From IMG/VR virus record IMGVR_UViG_3300043419_002586: a stretch of DNA of 64,000 nucleotides; one strand, written 5' to 3'. The notes under the pieces are model-generated. The model was not told the origin of the DNA. It saw only the letters and a program-made list of their open reading frames with translations, and searched no databases. This DNA is from a virus. Within the stretch, counting starts at the first letter, position 1. Each line of letters begins with the position of its first letter. The translations under genes were made by a program, and so were the position numbers. This document shows, piece by piece, positions 42,253 through 51,019 of this stretch.

Positions 42253-43209
42253 TTAGTTTTTCTCAAAAATAAATTCTAGTAAAGGCATATCAAGACCAGA
42301 TTGTACAATTCTTTTATGATTATATCCATATTTAGCTAAATGCTTAATACAAATATCATCACAAAATTTACCATCAACGATGTGAGTTTCTACGATAATT
42401 TTTGGATTGAACTTTGAAAAAAAATCATCATCTTCAAATATGCAAGATTCAGCTCCCTCAATGTCACACTTAATAAAATCAACTTTTTGCAAATTGTATT
42501 TTTTGCAAATATCATTCAGTGTATAACAGTCTACAGTTTTAATTCTACCTCTTTGTCCAACAATTGAAACTGCTGAAGAACCCATACTTTCCTCAGTTGA
42601 AAACTCCAAATCTCCACTATAATTCCAAACAGCGGCATTCAAACATTCAATATTTGCATTTTCTTTAAGTTTATTTACATTTTTCAACAAACAAGAAAAA
42701 TTCAATTCATCAGCTTCTACAGCGATTACTTTTCCATTATTTCCAACTTTTTGTGCAAATAATATTGAAGTTAATCCAGAATATGCCCCCAAATCTAATA
42801 CTACATCTCCACTGTCTAAATTTGCATAATCTAAATATTGAGAAGCTGTTTCATAAGTCTCAGCTAAACTTGGGCAATACAGATCAAATAAATCAAAACC
42901 TATTACTTTGTGTTCTTTTGGATAGGAAAAATCTACAACAAAATTTCCATCAATTAGTTCACTCTCTACAGCGTCAAAATGAATTTCAAAAAATCTCATT
43001 AAAGTTTTTATATAAATTTTATGAGAAAAAGAAATTTTTATAATTTTATTATTTTTTTGAATATAGTAGAAATTTTCATCATTATATAATTTAATTTTAT
43101 TTTCTAAAATCAAATCATCTATAGTCTTTACAACTGGCTGAATATTCATATTGAGTGTTTTCCTTAAAGAAATAACGAATCGCTTAAACAAAAGTTTAAT
43201 TATTACCAA
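42253..43209 (-). CDS. FkbM-family SAM-dependent methyltransferase
   Basis: VLDLGAYSG, VIAVEAD, DFIKCDIEGAE, IIVE; start could be 43209 (TTG) or the later MNIQP ATG. Confidence 0.85.
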   Translation of the reverse strand: MVIIKLLFKRFVISLRKTLNMNIQPVVKTIDDLILENKIKLYNDENFYYIQKNNKIIKISFSHKIYIKTLMRFFEIHFDAVESELIDGNFVVDFSYPKEHKVIGFDLFDLYCPSLAETYETASQYLDYANLDSGDVVLDLGAYSGLTSILFAQKVGNNGKVIAVEADELNFSCLLKNVNKLKENANIECLNAAVWNYSGDLEFSTEESMGSSAVSIVGQRGRIKTVDCYTLNDICKKYNLQKVDFIKCDIEGAESCIFEDDDFFSKFNPKIIVETHIVDGKFCDDICIKHLAKYGYNHKRIVQSGLDMPLLEFIFEKN

Positions 43210-44159
43210 ACAAACTTTTCTTTGTAATACTTGACAATATGCTTAATTTCTTCATCAAAAACACATTCAGGTACCCATCCCAATGCTCTAATTTTTGAAT
43301 CATCAAGGGCATATCTAACATCCTGACCTGGTCTATGAACATCAAAGTTAATATAATCTGAATGTAAATATTCAGCTTCAGGATAAAACTCTTCAATAAT
43401 TTTATAAACAGTATCCAAATTAGATTGCTCAAAACCACCAGCAATATTAAAAGTTTCGTTCTTGACACCTGCTTCGATTATAGTTAATACTGCTCTGGCT
43501 GTATCTTTTGCATGAAGCCAATTTCTAACAGGTGTTCCATTGTTATGTAATGGAATTTTTCTACCTAATGACAAAAATTTACAAGCTTTAGGAATTAATT
43601 TTTCAACATATTGACCTATACCGTAGTTATTAGTAGGCCTCAATATCACGTAAGGTAATTTATAAGTACGAGACCAAGCTGTTATTAATTGATCTGCTGC
43701 TGCCTTAGTGGCAGAATAAGGATTTGATGGTCTGAGTAAATCAGTTTCATTGTGAGCACCATCAGAAATATCACCATAAACCTCATCAGTACTAAAGTGA
43801 AGAAAAGTAGGCAAAACATAACCTTCTTTTTTATAATCTTTTAAAAGTTCAAGAATGTTATATACGCCAACTACATTACTCTGCAAAAAATCTTCACTTT
43901 TACGAATCGAATTATCAACATGAGTTTCAGCAGCAATATTTATAAAATAGTCACAATCTACAAGTCTATCAATCTGACAAATGTTTTTCTTTTCAAATTT
44001 AAATTTTGAATAAGTATTGAAAATTTTTAAGCAATCAGAATCAGATGCATATGTACAATCATCTATTCCATATACATACCAACCTTTATCAAGTAATAAT
44101 TGAGTAACATATCTTCCTATAAAACCTAAACAACCTGTCACATAAACTATTTTCATCAT
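43203..44159 (-). CDS. rfbB: NDP-glucose 4,6-dehydratase (RmlB/RfbB-like)
   Basis: VTGCLGFIG, AAETHVDNS, STDEVYG, PSNPYSATKA, NNYG, RPGQDVRY; start moved to the ATG after the AAGGA SD. Confidence 0.85.
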   Translation of the reverse strand: MMKIVYVTGCLGFIGRYVTQLLLDKGWYVYGIDDCTYASDSDCLKIFNTYSKFKFEKKNICQIDRLVDCDYFINIAAETHVDNSIRKSEDFLQSNVVGVYNILELLKDYKKEGYVLPTFLHFSTDEVYGDISDGAHNETDLLRPSNPYSATKAAADQLITAWSRTYKLPYVILRPTNNYGIGQYVEKLIPKACKFLSLGRKIPLHNNGTPVRNWLHAKDTARAVLTIIEAGVKNETFNIAGGFEQSNLDTVYKIIEEFYPEAEYLHSDYINFDVHRPGQDVRYALDDSKIRALGWVPECVFDEEIKHIVKYYKEKFVW

Positions 44160-44178
44160 ATTTCCTTGATATGCCAAT

Positions 44179-45495
44179 TTACTGCTTTTCACTTACAAAA
44201 TGATCAACAATTTCGCCAATGTAAGCTATTTGTTCTTCCGTTATTACAGGAGAAGTACCTAAGAAGAAAGTATCTGTTGTAATTTTCTTAGCTATAGGAA
44301 AATCATTTAAATCCATATCACCAACTAAATGACTATAAGCAGGTTGCATTAATATATTGCCAGCAAAATATGGTCTTGTTTGAATTTTTCTTGATTCTAA
44401 ATATTGACAAAATTCACTACGCTTAAAAGGAGCATTGTTTTTGATTGTGATAGGAAAAGCAAACCAATTAACATCTGAATTCTTTTGAGCAATTGGAAGA
44501 ATAAAATAATCATCGTACTTACTGAAAATATCAAATAATAACTTATAATTTCTTTGACGTAAATTCTTTATCTCTTTAAGTTTTTCAATTTGAGCTAGTA
44601 ACATTGATGCCTGTACTTCTATTGGCTTTAAGTTATATCCAATTTCTTCATAAACATATTTATGATCAAATACTTCCCCTGGCATACTTGGAAGCCATTC
44701 AGAAAATCTTTTATTACAAGCACCACACTCTGTAATATTTTGTTTGCCAATACAAAAACAACCACGACCCCAATCACGAATGGAACGAATGACTTTTTCC
44801 AATCCTTCATCATTACAAACAACTAAGCCGCCCTCTCCACAAGTAATATGGTGAGCTGGATAAAAGGAACAAGAAGCCATCGTACCAAAACTACCCAAAG
44901 GATTACCGTCAAAAGTAGATCCTAAAGCGTCACAACAATCCTCAAGTAAAATTAAACCATAATGATCAATAATATCTAAAAGCCTGTACATATCAGGAGG
45001 ATTTCCTAATACATGAGCGAAAGTAATAATTTTAATTTCTGGATCCGCTTGTAATGTAGCCTCAACATCATCTAAATTTAAATTCAAACCATCTAAACAA
45101 ATATCTACAAATACTGGCTTAAATCTACATTGAAAAATAGGGTTAATTGTTGTGGGAAAACCAGCAATAGGAGTAAGTACCTTAGTTCCTTCAGGCAAAT
45201 TCAAGTATCTTTTTGATTTTAAAGCAGACATCATCAAAAGATTTGAACTACTACCAGAATTAGTAAGCAAAGCATGGTTTCTGCCAAATAATGCAGCTAA
45301 TTTGTTTTCAGCTTTATATGCTTCTGAACCTAAAACTAACCAGCCATCTAATAAAGTAGAGATAGATCTTGTAATTTCTGCTTGATCAAAATAAGGACCA
45401 GCATAATGAACATAATCTTTACCTGGTTTCCATTTTTTCTTCGGCTCAGATTTTATATACTCTTCAATAAGTTTTAAAAGATCTTCTTTTGACAT
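44179..45495 (-). CDS. rfbH: CDP-4-keto-6-deoxyglucose 3-dehydratase E1 (RfbH/DdhC), PLP/PMP- and Fe-S-dependent
   Basis: NSGSSSNL, AHVLGNP, EDCCDALG, SFYPAHH (His in place of the aminotransferase Lys), RDWGRGCFC...C Cys motif, DHKY, GYNLK. Confidence 0.9.
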   Translation of the reverse strand: MSKEDLLKLIEEYIKSEPKKKWKPGKDYVHYAGPYFDQAEITRSISTLLDGWLVLGSEAYKAENKLAALFGRNHALLTNSGSSSNLLMMSALKSKRYLNLPEGTKVLTPIAGFPTTINPIFQCRFKPVFVDICLDGLNLNLDDVEATLQADPEIKIITFAHVLGNPPDMYRLLDIIDHYGLILLEDCCDALGSTFDGNPLGSFGTMASCSFYPAHHITCGEGGLVVCNDEGLEKVIRSIRDWGRGCFCIGKQNITECGACNKRFSEWLPSMPGEVFDHKYVYEEIGYNLKPIEVQASMLLAQIEKLKEIKNLRQRNYKLLFDIFSKYDDYFILPIAQKNSDVNWFAFPITIKNNAPFKRSEFCQYLESRKIQTRPYFAGNILMQPAYSHLVGDMDLNDFPIAKKITTDTFFLGTSPVITEEQIAYIGEIVDHFVSEKQ

Positions 45496-45501
45496 AAAAT
45501 A

Positions 45502-45509
45502 ATTATACC
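45502..45509 (-). promoter_or_regulatory. -10 box (TGGTATAAT) 6 nt before ATG; probable leaderless promoter
   Basis: TGGTATAAT-TATTTT-ATG, no SD. Confidence 0.6.
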
Positions 45510-45513
45510 AAAT

Positions 45514-45541
45514 AAAAAAGGAGCTTCACAGCTCCTTTTTT
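45514..45541 (-). terminator. Rho-independent terminator (bidirectional)
   Basis: AAAAAAGGAGC-6 nt loop-GCTCCTTTTTT. Confidence 0.8.
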
Positions 45542-46235
45542 ATTTTATAGGCAAATCATCTTCTTCAAAAATAAGAGGATATTTAGCTTCTGTATGACAA
45601 CCAATTACCTCACCACTATGATAAAACTTGTAATCAAAATTATCTTCCCACATAAAACCTATCTCTGTAAAATGACCCTGGGGACGATCTATTCTTGAAT
45701 CACTCAAATGCTCCCAATAACTGCCTTTTTCAAATCCACGAAAAACATTATCCTTCAAAGAATAAATCCACTTATGATGAAAAAATCCACGATAACCCTT
45801 AACACCATACCATTGCTCAAAACGTAAATACTCTGCATACTTTGAAGGAACAGATACGAAACCTCTCTTAGCAATCTTCTGCAACATATCGCAAACTAAA
45901 GATGGATTACTAATATCCTCCAATGTGTGAGTGCAAATAACATAATCAAACTTGCCATTTTCTGCAACATAATCTAAAACTTGATGCCAATTATCCCTCT
46001 GAGTTATATCAAAATCAAAGAAAATTCTGTCTGGATGAGATTGAACAAATTCATCCTTACTACCTGGATCAACAAATATATCTACAACATGAGTAGTATG
46101 CTTACACCAAGAATTAATTCCACCACCAACATCAATTACAGTAAGATTAGGCTTACTTTCTTTAAGTTCTTCAATATATAGGTCAACAAAAGTCCTTGGT
46201 TTTGTAAAATTTCTTATCGATTTATGAGTTATCAT
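45540..46235 (-). CDS. Class I SAM-dependent methyltransferase-like protein
   Basis: VIDVGGG, FDYVICTHTLEDI, GFVSVP, HHKW. Confidence 0.75.
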   Translation of the reverse strand: MITHKSIRNFTKPRTFVDLYIEELKESKPNLTVIDVGGGINSWCKHTTHVVDIFVDPGSKDEFVQSHPDRIFFDFDITQRDNWHQVLDYVAENGKFDYVICTHTLEDISNPSLVCDMLQKIAKRGFVSVPSKYAEYLRFEQWYGVKGYRGFFHHKWIYSLKDNVFRGFEKGSYWEHLSDSRIDRPQGHFTEIGFMWEDNFDYKFYHSGEVIGCHTEAKYPLIFEEDDLPIK

Positions 46236-46241
46236 AAAAAT

Positions 46242-46249
46242 ATTATACC
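46242..46249 (-). promoter_or_regulatory. -10 box (GGTATAAT) 6 nt before ATG 46235, encoded by the last codons of the endonuclease gene
   Basis: AAG GTA TAA T-ATTTTT-ATG. Confidence 0.55.
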
Positions 46250-47388
46250 TTCAACGCTTCTTCAATACACATACCCAACTTTAATAACCTAAAACGCAAC
46301 TTCTGATAATTTATCTCACAACGGATATCCTGAGACCAAGCTAATATACTTTTTTCCTCACCCTGATAAGTAAATAAATGAGTCTTTTTCTTTGCATCAG
46401 GATTTGCCCATAAAGTTTTACCTTTGTCAGGAATAACAGTCATAGCAATCTCAGGTGGAACATTTCTTTTAAATAATCTGTCATAAAGAGTGTTTTTATC
46501 TACAATACATCTTTCATCTTTTAACCAATCAAGATAGTGCTTGTTTTCTCCCCAAGCTTCAACATATAATTGAGAACGAACATCTCTATTGTCTTTTTGA
46601 GTATGAGTTAAGTTATCTAAAATTGGTTTTATGCTACATCTGTTTACATTGTATTTCAAAGATAATTCATTTGAGTTTAAACCGTTTTTATAGTCATTTC
46701 TAATCTTTTCTGCTAAAACAAAATCAACTTTGACAGTTTGTTCCAAGTAATCTTCTTTGTTGATAAATTCATTGTATATATCAAATTTTCTCTTAAGTCT
46801 AGTTTCTTCAGTGCTGTCCTTATAGATCCAATCTAAAAATGATTTAGTGTGATTTGAGCCAGTGTATATCAATTCATAATATGTGTCATTGTTTTTGATT
46901 GAGCCACATTCAGAGCCATAATGTTTTTCAAATTCTGATTTCAATCTTTCAATGAATGGCAACGTACTGACAAGCTTTACTACTAAATTTTTATTATTGG
47001 GATTATGCGCTTGAGCTAATCCAATATGACCATCACCATCAAAATAACCTCTTACAAAATGAGTTACAAATTCTTCTGGTATTTGTTCAATCCATTTAAG
47101 TTCTTGAGATTTATGTCTTGTAAGCCCAAAATTCATTAAGTCTTGAGTAATCTCTTTGGAAACAACCCACAAGTTGGCGCTTGGCAAATTTTTTCTCAAA
47201 TAAATATTTCCATCATAATTTAAAAAATTCTTAAAATTTTCTAAAATATATTTATCTTTAGTATGTAGTTGTATTGATAGCATATTTCTATGAGTAGCTA
47301 AATGACCATCTGCACATATAAATCCCAAGAAATATGCCATTTCTATTGACCAAGTCTGAAAATACTTTTCGTTTTTAGTTCTTTTCAT
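46243..47388 (-). CDS. Free-standing two-motif LAGLIDADG homing endonuclease with C-terminal HTH and two repeated DNA-binding modules
   Basis: AYFLGFICADGH and HFVRGYFDGDGH motifs; HTH-like IRNDYKNGLNSNELSLKYNVNRCSI; repeats VEAWGENKHYLDW... and FTYQGEEKSILAW... Confidence 0.85.
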   Translation of the reverse strand: MKRTKNEKYFQTWSIEMAYFLGFICADGHLATHRNMLSIQLHTKDKYILENFKNFLNYDGNIYLRKNLPSANLWVVSKEITQDLMNFGLTRHKSQELKWIEQIPEEFVTHFVRGYFDGDGHIGLAQAHNPNNKNLVVKLVSTLPFIERLKSEFEKHYGSECGSIKNNDTYYELIYTGSNHTKSFLDWIYKDSTEETRLKRKFDIYNEFINKEDYLEQTVKVDFVLAEKIRNDYKNGLNSNELSLKYNVNRCSIKPILDNLTHTQKDNRDVRSQLYVEAWGENKHYLDWLKDERCIVDKNTLYDRLFKRNVPPEIAMTVIPDKGKTLWANPDAKKKTHLFTYQGEEKSILAWSQDIRCEINYQKLRFRLLKLGMCIEEALKV

Positions 47389-47396
47389 TTGATTAA

Positions 47397-47404
47397 ATTA
47401 TACC
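47397..47404 (-). promoter_or_regulatory. -10 box (GGTATAAT) 8 nt before the endonuclease ATG
   Basis: AGGTATAAT-TTAATCAA-ATG, no SD. Confidence 0.55.
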
Positions 47405-47430
47405 TTTCAAAATACTTCAGTTTTTTTGTC

Positions 47431-47466
47431 AAAATAATAGGAGGAGAATAAATCTCCCCCTACTAT
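47431..47466 (-). terminator. Terminator of the capsid operon, downstream of exon 2
   Basis: ATAGTAGGGGGAGA-TTTAT-TCTCCTCCTATTAT-TTT. Confidence 0.7.
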
Positions 47467-47485
47467 AGTAAACCAGACTATCGTC

Positions 47486-47525
47486 TCAACTCACGGAAAT
47501 GCGACTGACAGCGTAATCGTTGATG
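47486..47525 (-). CDS. Exon 2 of the major capsid protein gene ((CT)C ATC AAC GAT TAC GCT GTC AGT CGC ATT TCC GTG AGT TGA = L-INDYAVSRISVS*)
   Basis: Follows the omega-G at 47526; joining to 47814 restores the frame and gives a 284-aa MCP; 9 of 12 residues match the intron-borne C-terminus. Confidence 0.9.
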
Positions 47526-47813
47526 CTCCTGTTCGGTTTAGGCTCTTTATCCTAAACTTACCTCCTCATTTCTAAGGAGTGTCGGACTATATCTTCATCT
47601 ACTAGAGATGCTTCGCACTCTTGGAAATTTCATCCGTTCTGGATTACTTTTTCTAGTCTCTGAACCTTCTAAATATTCCTATTTAGCTTGGTTGCTGATT
47701 GCCATATCTTTCGACTTAGGTTTCCAGCAATTCACGAAGTTTGTTCTATAATGTCGCCATTATAGAGCCCCCATTAATTAATACTGATTCTACTTACAGC
47801 GTAATCTTGGATA
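47526..47813 (-). ncRNA. Group I self-splicing intron (subgroup IA-like, 288 nt, no endonuclease ORF) in the MCP gene
   Basis: P GAAUUGCUGGAAA (47733-47721), Q AAUCAGCAAC (47700-47691), R UUCAGAGACUAG (47664-47653), S AAGAUAUAGUCC (47595-47584); P2, P3 CUUCG/CGAAG, P4, P6a, P7 GACUA/UAGUC, P8 and P9 all pair, with GNRA loops; IGS UUAAUGGGGGC pairs with GCCCU| (U.G) and with exon-2 CAUCAA; terminal G. Confidence 0.95.
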
Positions 47814-48628
47814 AGGGCGAATCCGAGCTCTTCATAAACAACCCAGCCTAATCTCAATCTCTTTGGATCGTCAGCTGGAAGAACTGTGATGTCTTGGCGA
47901 ACTGGCATTGCACCAACAAATTGGGCAGGTGCGAGAACGTAAACACTGTTCTTAGGAACCATTGTGGAAACGTGGATGTCTGCGGAATAAATATGTCCGT
48001 AGAGACCAGTCATAAGAATATCTCTTTGAGTTGCCTCATCGAAGAATTCCTTACCCCAGTTTCTGATATCCTTGTAGCGTTGTGGGTGAAGAACAACCTT
48101 AGCACCGATCAACTCGTGCTCTTCAATGAGGGTCAACGCAAGGTTGACGTTCTCTGGTTGGAGAGTACCGGAAACGGAAATTGCTTGGTCAGTTGGAACG
48201 CCAGCGTTGATAACCTTGAAGACTTCGGTATCTTCTTGTCTTTGGAGGGAGTCCTTAGCACGAACTTGAGCTCTATCGACAATGTAGAATCTTCTTTGGC
48301 GAATTTCGTTCAAGCGGATTTGTGGGTGTGCAGCTAATTCAACTGTAGGAACGAGAAGCTCTTCAGCCTCAACTTCTGCAGTAGGAACAGCACCACGCTT
48401 AGGAATGACGTATGACTTGACAGCAACGTCTCTCTCGTAGCGAGCAAGAGCGCCTTGTGGGAGCTCATCAACCATCAAAAGCTTTCGACCGATGGCTTGG
48501 TACATGAGGGAGGTCTTGATTGGCTCAACCATTGCTTGTGCAAGAGCTGTGCGTCCCTCTGGAGTCTCGAGAGCCATTGCAATAATGGATTCTCTTTGCT
48601 CATTTGTGTTTCTCTTAATCATTGACAT
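47774..48628 (-). CDS. Major capsid protein, HK97 fold, encapsulin-sized (unspliced form; spliced form is join 48628..47814, 47525..47486)
   Basis: 284 aa; follows portal-protease-scaffold-decoration genes; AAGGAG SD; GC3-rich highly expressed codon usage; GRKLLMVDELPQG, VVLHPQRYKDIR, GLYGHIYSADIHVS, GWVVYEELGF. Confidence 0.85.
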   Translation of the reverse strand: MSMIKRNTNEQRESIIAMALETPEGRTALAQAMVEPIKTSLMYQAIGRKLLMVDELPQGALARYERDVAVKSYVIPKRGAVPTAEVEAEELLVPTVELAAHPQIRLNEIRQRRFYIVDRAQVRAKDSLQRQEDTEVFKVINAGVPTDQAISVSGTLQPENVNLALTLIEEHELIGAKVVLHPQRYKDIRNWGKEFFDEATQRDILMTGLYGHIYSADIHVSTMVPKNSVYVLAPAQFVGAMPVRQDITVLPADDPKRLRLGWVVYEELGFALIQDYAVSRISIN

Positions 48629-48661
48629 TTGAATAATTCTCCTTAAAAAATTCTTTACCGA

Positions 48662-49315
48662 TTAGACGCCACTAAGTTGGGTGAAGTAAAGAAGGCCAGC
48701 TGCAGAGTCATAAGAATCAACTCTACCAACGATAACGCCGTCTGTTCCAACAGTGCCTAACTTGACAAGCTTACCAGCATTTGCAACACCAGCTGCAACG
48801 GTAAGAAGATCACCTACAGCAGGTGTCCAGCCAGCAGCAACACCATCAGTGGTGATGTTTGTGGATGCAACTGATGCAAATCTGTCGGTAATAAATTGTG
48901 CGCCTGGGGTATTGAAAACGCCAACACCTCTTCTTGGACCTTCGTATCCTGAAGAACCAGCAGTTGGGTTTGTAACACCATTGACGTTCTCAGCCAAGAA
49001 GTCGCCAATAGCTCTCTTTGAAACAACATAAAAACCGTTGTTGTTTGCTTGAAGAACACCAGAAGCGTCGGTGTATGAAGATCCAACTGGATCAGCAAGA
49101 ATCATAGTGTTGCCGGTTCTAGCTGTATCATCAGCTGAGAAGCCAACAAACTTACCTAATTGTTGTTGAAGTGTTGTAAAACCAGTTGCTGATCTGTATG
49201 CAGCAGCTACAGTTCCGTCAGATTGAAGGAAAAGAGCATCACCTGCAAGCCATGAGCCAGAAGCAGCTGTGTTGTAGTTTGCAACTACGAGTGTGTTTAA
49301 TGCACGAATAGCCAT
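48662..49315 (-). CDS. Putative capsid decoration/cement protein
   Basis: 217 aa, Gly/Ala/Thr-rich beta protein immediately upstream of MCP, AGGAG SD, MCP-like codon bias. Confidence 0.6.
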   Translation of the reverse strand: MAIRALNTLVVANYNTAASGSWLAGDALFLQSDGTVAAAYRSATGFTTLQQQLGKFVGFSADDTARTGNTMILADPVGSSYTDASGVLQANNNGFYVVSKRAIGDFLAENVNGVTNPTAGSSGYEGPRRGVGVFNTPGAQFITDRFASVASTNITTDGVAAGWTPAVGDLLTVAAGVANAGKLVKLGTVGTDGVIVGRVDSYDSAAGLLYFTQLSGV

Positions 49316-49348
49316 TGTTTATGTCTCCTAATTATTTGTGTGAGGAAA

Positions 49349-51019
49349 TTAGTCCTCGATTTTTGGCATTGTCCAAGTACCCTTGAGAGCGCCTTGGATG
49401 TCAAGAGCTGCACTATTGTTGGATAAACCACCACTTAATGCAGGAGATGTAGATACGCCTAATGTTGAAGCGGTTCTAGTACTCATTCTTTCAGCTGCAG
49501 CAGCTGCAACTCTTTCGGTTGAAGACTGTGCGGACTTAAGTAAGAGTTTGGTTTGTCTGATCATAGAATCAGACTTAAGACCATCGTTGATCATTTGTTC
49601 TGCATATGAATCAACTTCTTCGGAAGTAATAATTCCAGCTAAAGCTAACTTTGTAGCACAGCTATAAGAAGTTTTGACTCTTGCAAGATCAACTGCAGAT
49701 GACTTGAGTTGATTTACAGTGTTGTATGCATCATTCAACTCAACTTGAGTGTCATTGATTTTCTTTTGTGTATTAACATGTTGTCTTGTGTCAACATTTT
49801 GTGCTTCAACTTCCTTGTCTTTAGACTCAGCATTTGTTGGGCAATCCTTGTTTGCACACTTGGTGTTTGGATCTTCCATAGCTGCTTCTGACAATCTCAT
49901 AGAAGCGCCACAAGTTGTACACTCTACATCATGCTCATCTTTTGAAGCACCAACTGTTCTGGTGGTCTTATGTGGCATTGAAGGCATTTGAGTTGGAATT
50001 TCTGGTTGATCAGCATCTTCAAGTCCTTCGGAAGGATTCTCTAGCTTGTTCCAATCAACTGTATACTCTAATGAGCCATCTCCAGAACCTTCAAACTTAC
50101 TAGGCTTTGTGACTGAAGGGAATTCTAATGAATCTGGATTCATTGTAGGAACTCTTTGTTCAGCCCAAGTTGGATTTTGTTCCTTGAGTGAGTTACCCTC
50201 ACTGTTTTCCATTGTCATGCTTGGGTAATCAACTTCACCCATCATGTCAACCAAATCTTCGTTATACTTAAATGAGGCTGACGCTGGATAAGTTTCTTCT
50301 TCTGAAGCAATCTTCTTGAGAATTTCTTCTCTTTCAGCTCTTCTTAAGAGAGCTTCTCTCTGTGCCTTGCGCTCAGCCAATGCTTGTTTAGTCATTGATC
50401 TAACCTCGTTGCTTTTTTTCATAAATTGTGTTTCATTGTCTTCGTCATCATCTGACTCATCTTCTGAATCCATATCATCTTCGTCATCGTTAAAATGGGT
50501 GATATCTTCATCATCATCTTCGTCAGAATCATCATCTCCGCCAAGAAGATTATCTAGCGCCTCTTGCACAGCTTTTTGTGCTTGGTCTACCATATCAGCG
50601 GGAACTTCAATCTCAAAAGTGGCGACATCATCACTATCTTCTACTTCGTCTTCGTCTTCCATATCTTTATCAGACATGTCATCGTCATCTACATCTTCTG
50701 AATCTTCATCACTCTCAAAGTGATGAAATTCCATATCATCGTCATCATCATCAGAATTATCGTTTGCGAAGTCAACAGTCTCTTTACCATGATCAAGGTT
50801 CAAGTTAGAAACATCAAGACCAGCTTCTCTTGCAATGTTTGGAAGATACTTTGCTCTAATTGCTTTTGCGACAACAACAGCTTCATTTGTTTCCAAAGAT
50901 GCTGTCTTTTCCATGTCGGAAACGCAGTTCATAAGATCTTCCTTATCAGTTGCATTAATTTCAGCTAATCTCATTGCTGCATATCTTTCTTGATTGGCTT
51001 TATTCGAATTTTTATTCAT
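49349..51019 (-). CDS. Putative scaffolding/prohead core protein, highly acidic
   Basis: 556 aa with D/E tracts, coiled coils, CTTC...CANKDC motif; lies between the protease and capsid genes. Confidence 0.55.
   Translation of the reverse strand: MNKNSNKANQERYAAMRLAEINATDKEDLMNCVSDMEKTASLETNEAVVVAKAIRAKYLPNIAREAGLDVSNLNLDHGKETVDFANDNSDDDDDDMEFHHFESDEDSEDVDDDDMSDKDMEDEDEVEDSDDVATFEIEVPADMVDQAQKAVQEALDNLLGGDDDSDEDDDEDITHFNDDEDDMDSEDESDDDEDNETQFMKKSNEVRSMTKQALAERKAQREALLRRAEREEILKKIASEEETYPASASFKYNEDLVDMMGEVDYPSMTMENSEGNSLKEQNPTWAEQRVPTMNPDSLEFPSVTKPSKFEGSGDGSLEYTVDWNKLENPSEGLEDADQPEIPTQMPSMPHKTTRTVGASKDEHDVECTTCGASMRLSEAAMEDPNTKCANKDCPTNAESKDKEVEAQNVDTRQHVNTQKKINDTQVELNDAYNTVNQLKSSAVDLARVKTSYSCATKLALAGIITSEEVDSYAEQMINDGLKSDSMIRQTKLLLKSAQSSTERVAAAAAERMSTRTASTLGVSTSPALSGGLSNNSAALDIQGALKGTWTMPKIED

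Noticed and set aside
46243-47388. Endonuclease as an intron-encoded ORF or an intein
   Set aside because: The intron closes at 47526, and exon 2 plus a terminator intervene; no Cys/Ser start or His-Asn splice motifs
47774-48628. Cellular encapsulin operon
   Set aside because: Adjacent portal, protease, neck and tail genes indicate a phage head module
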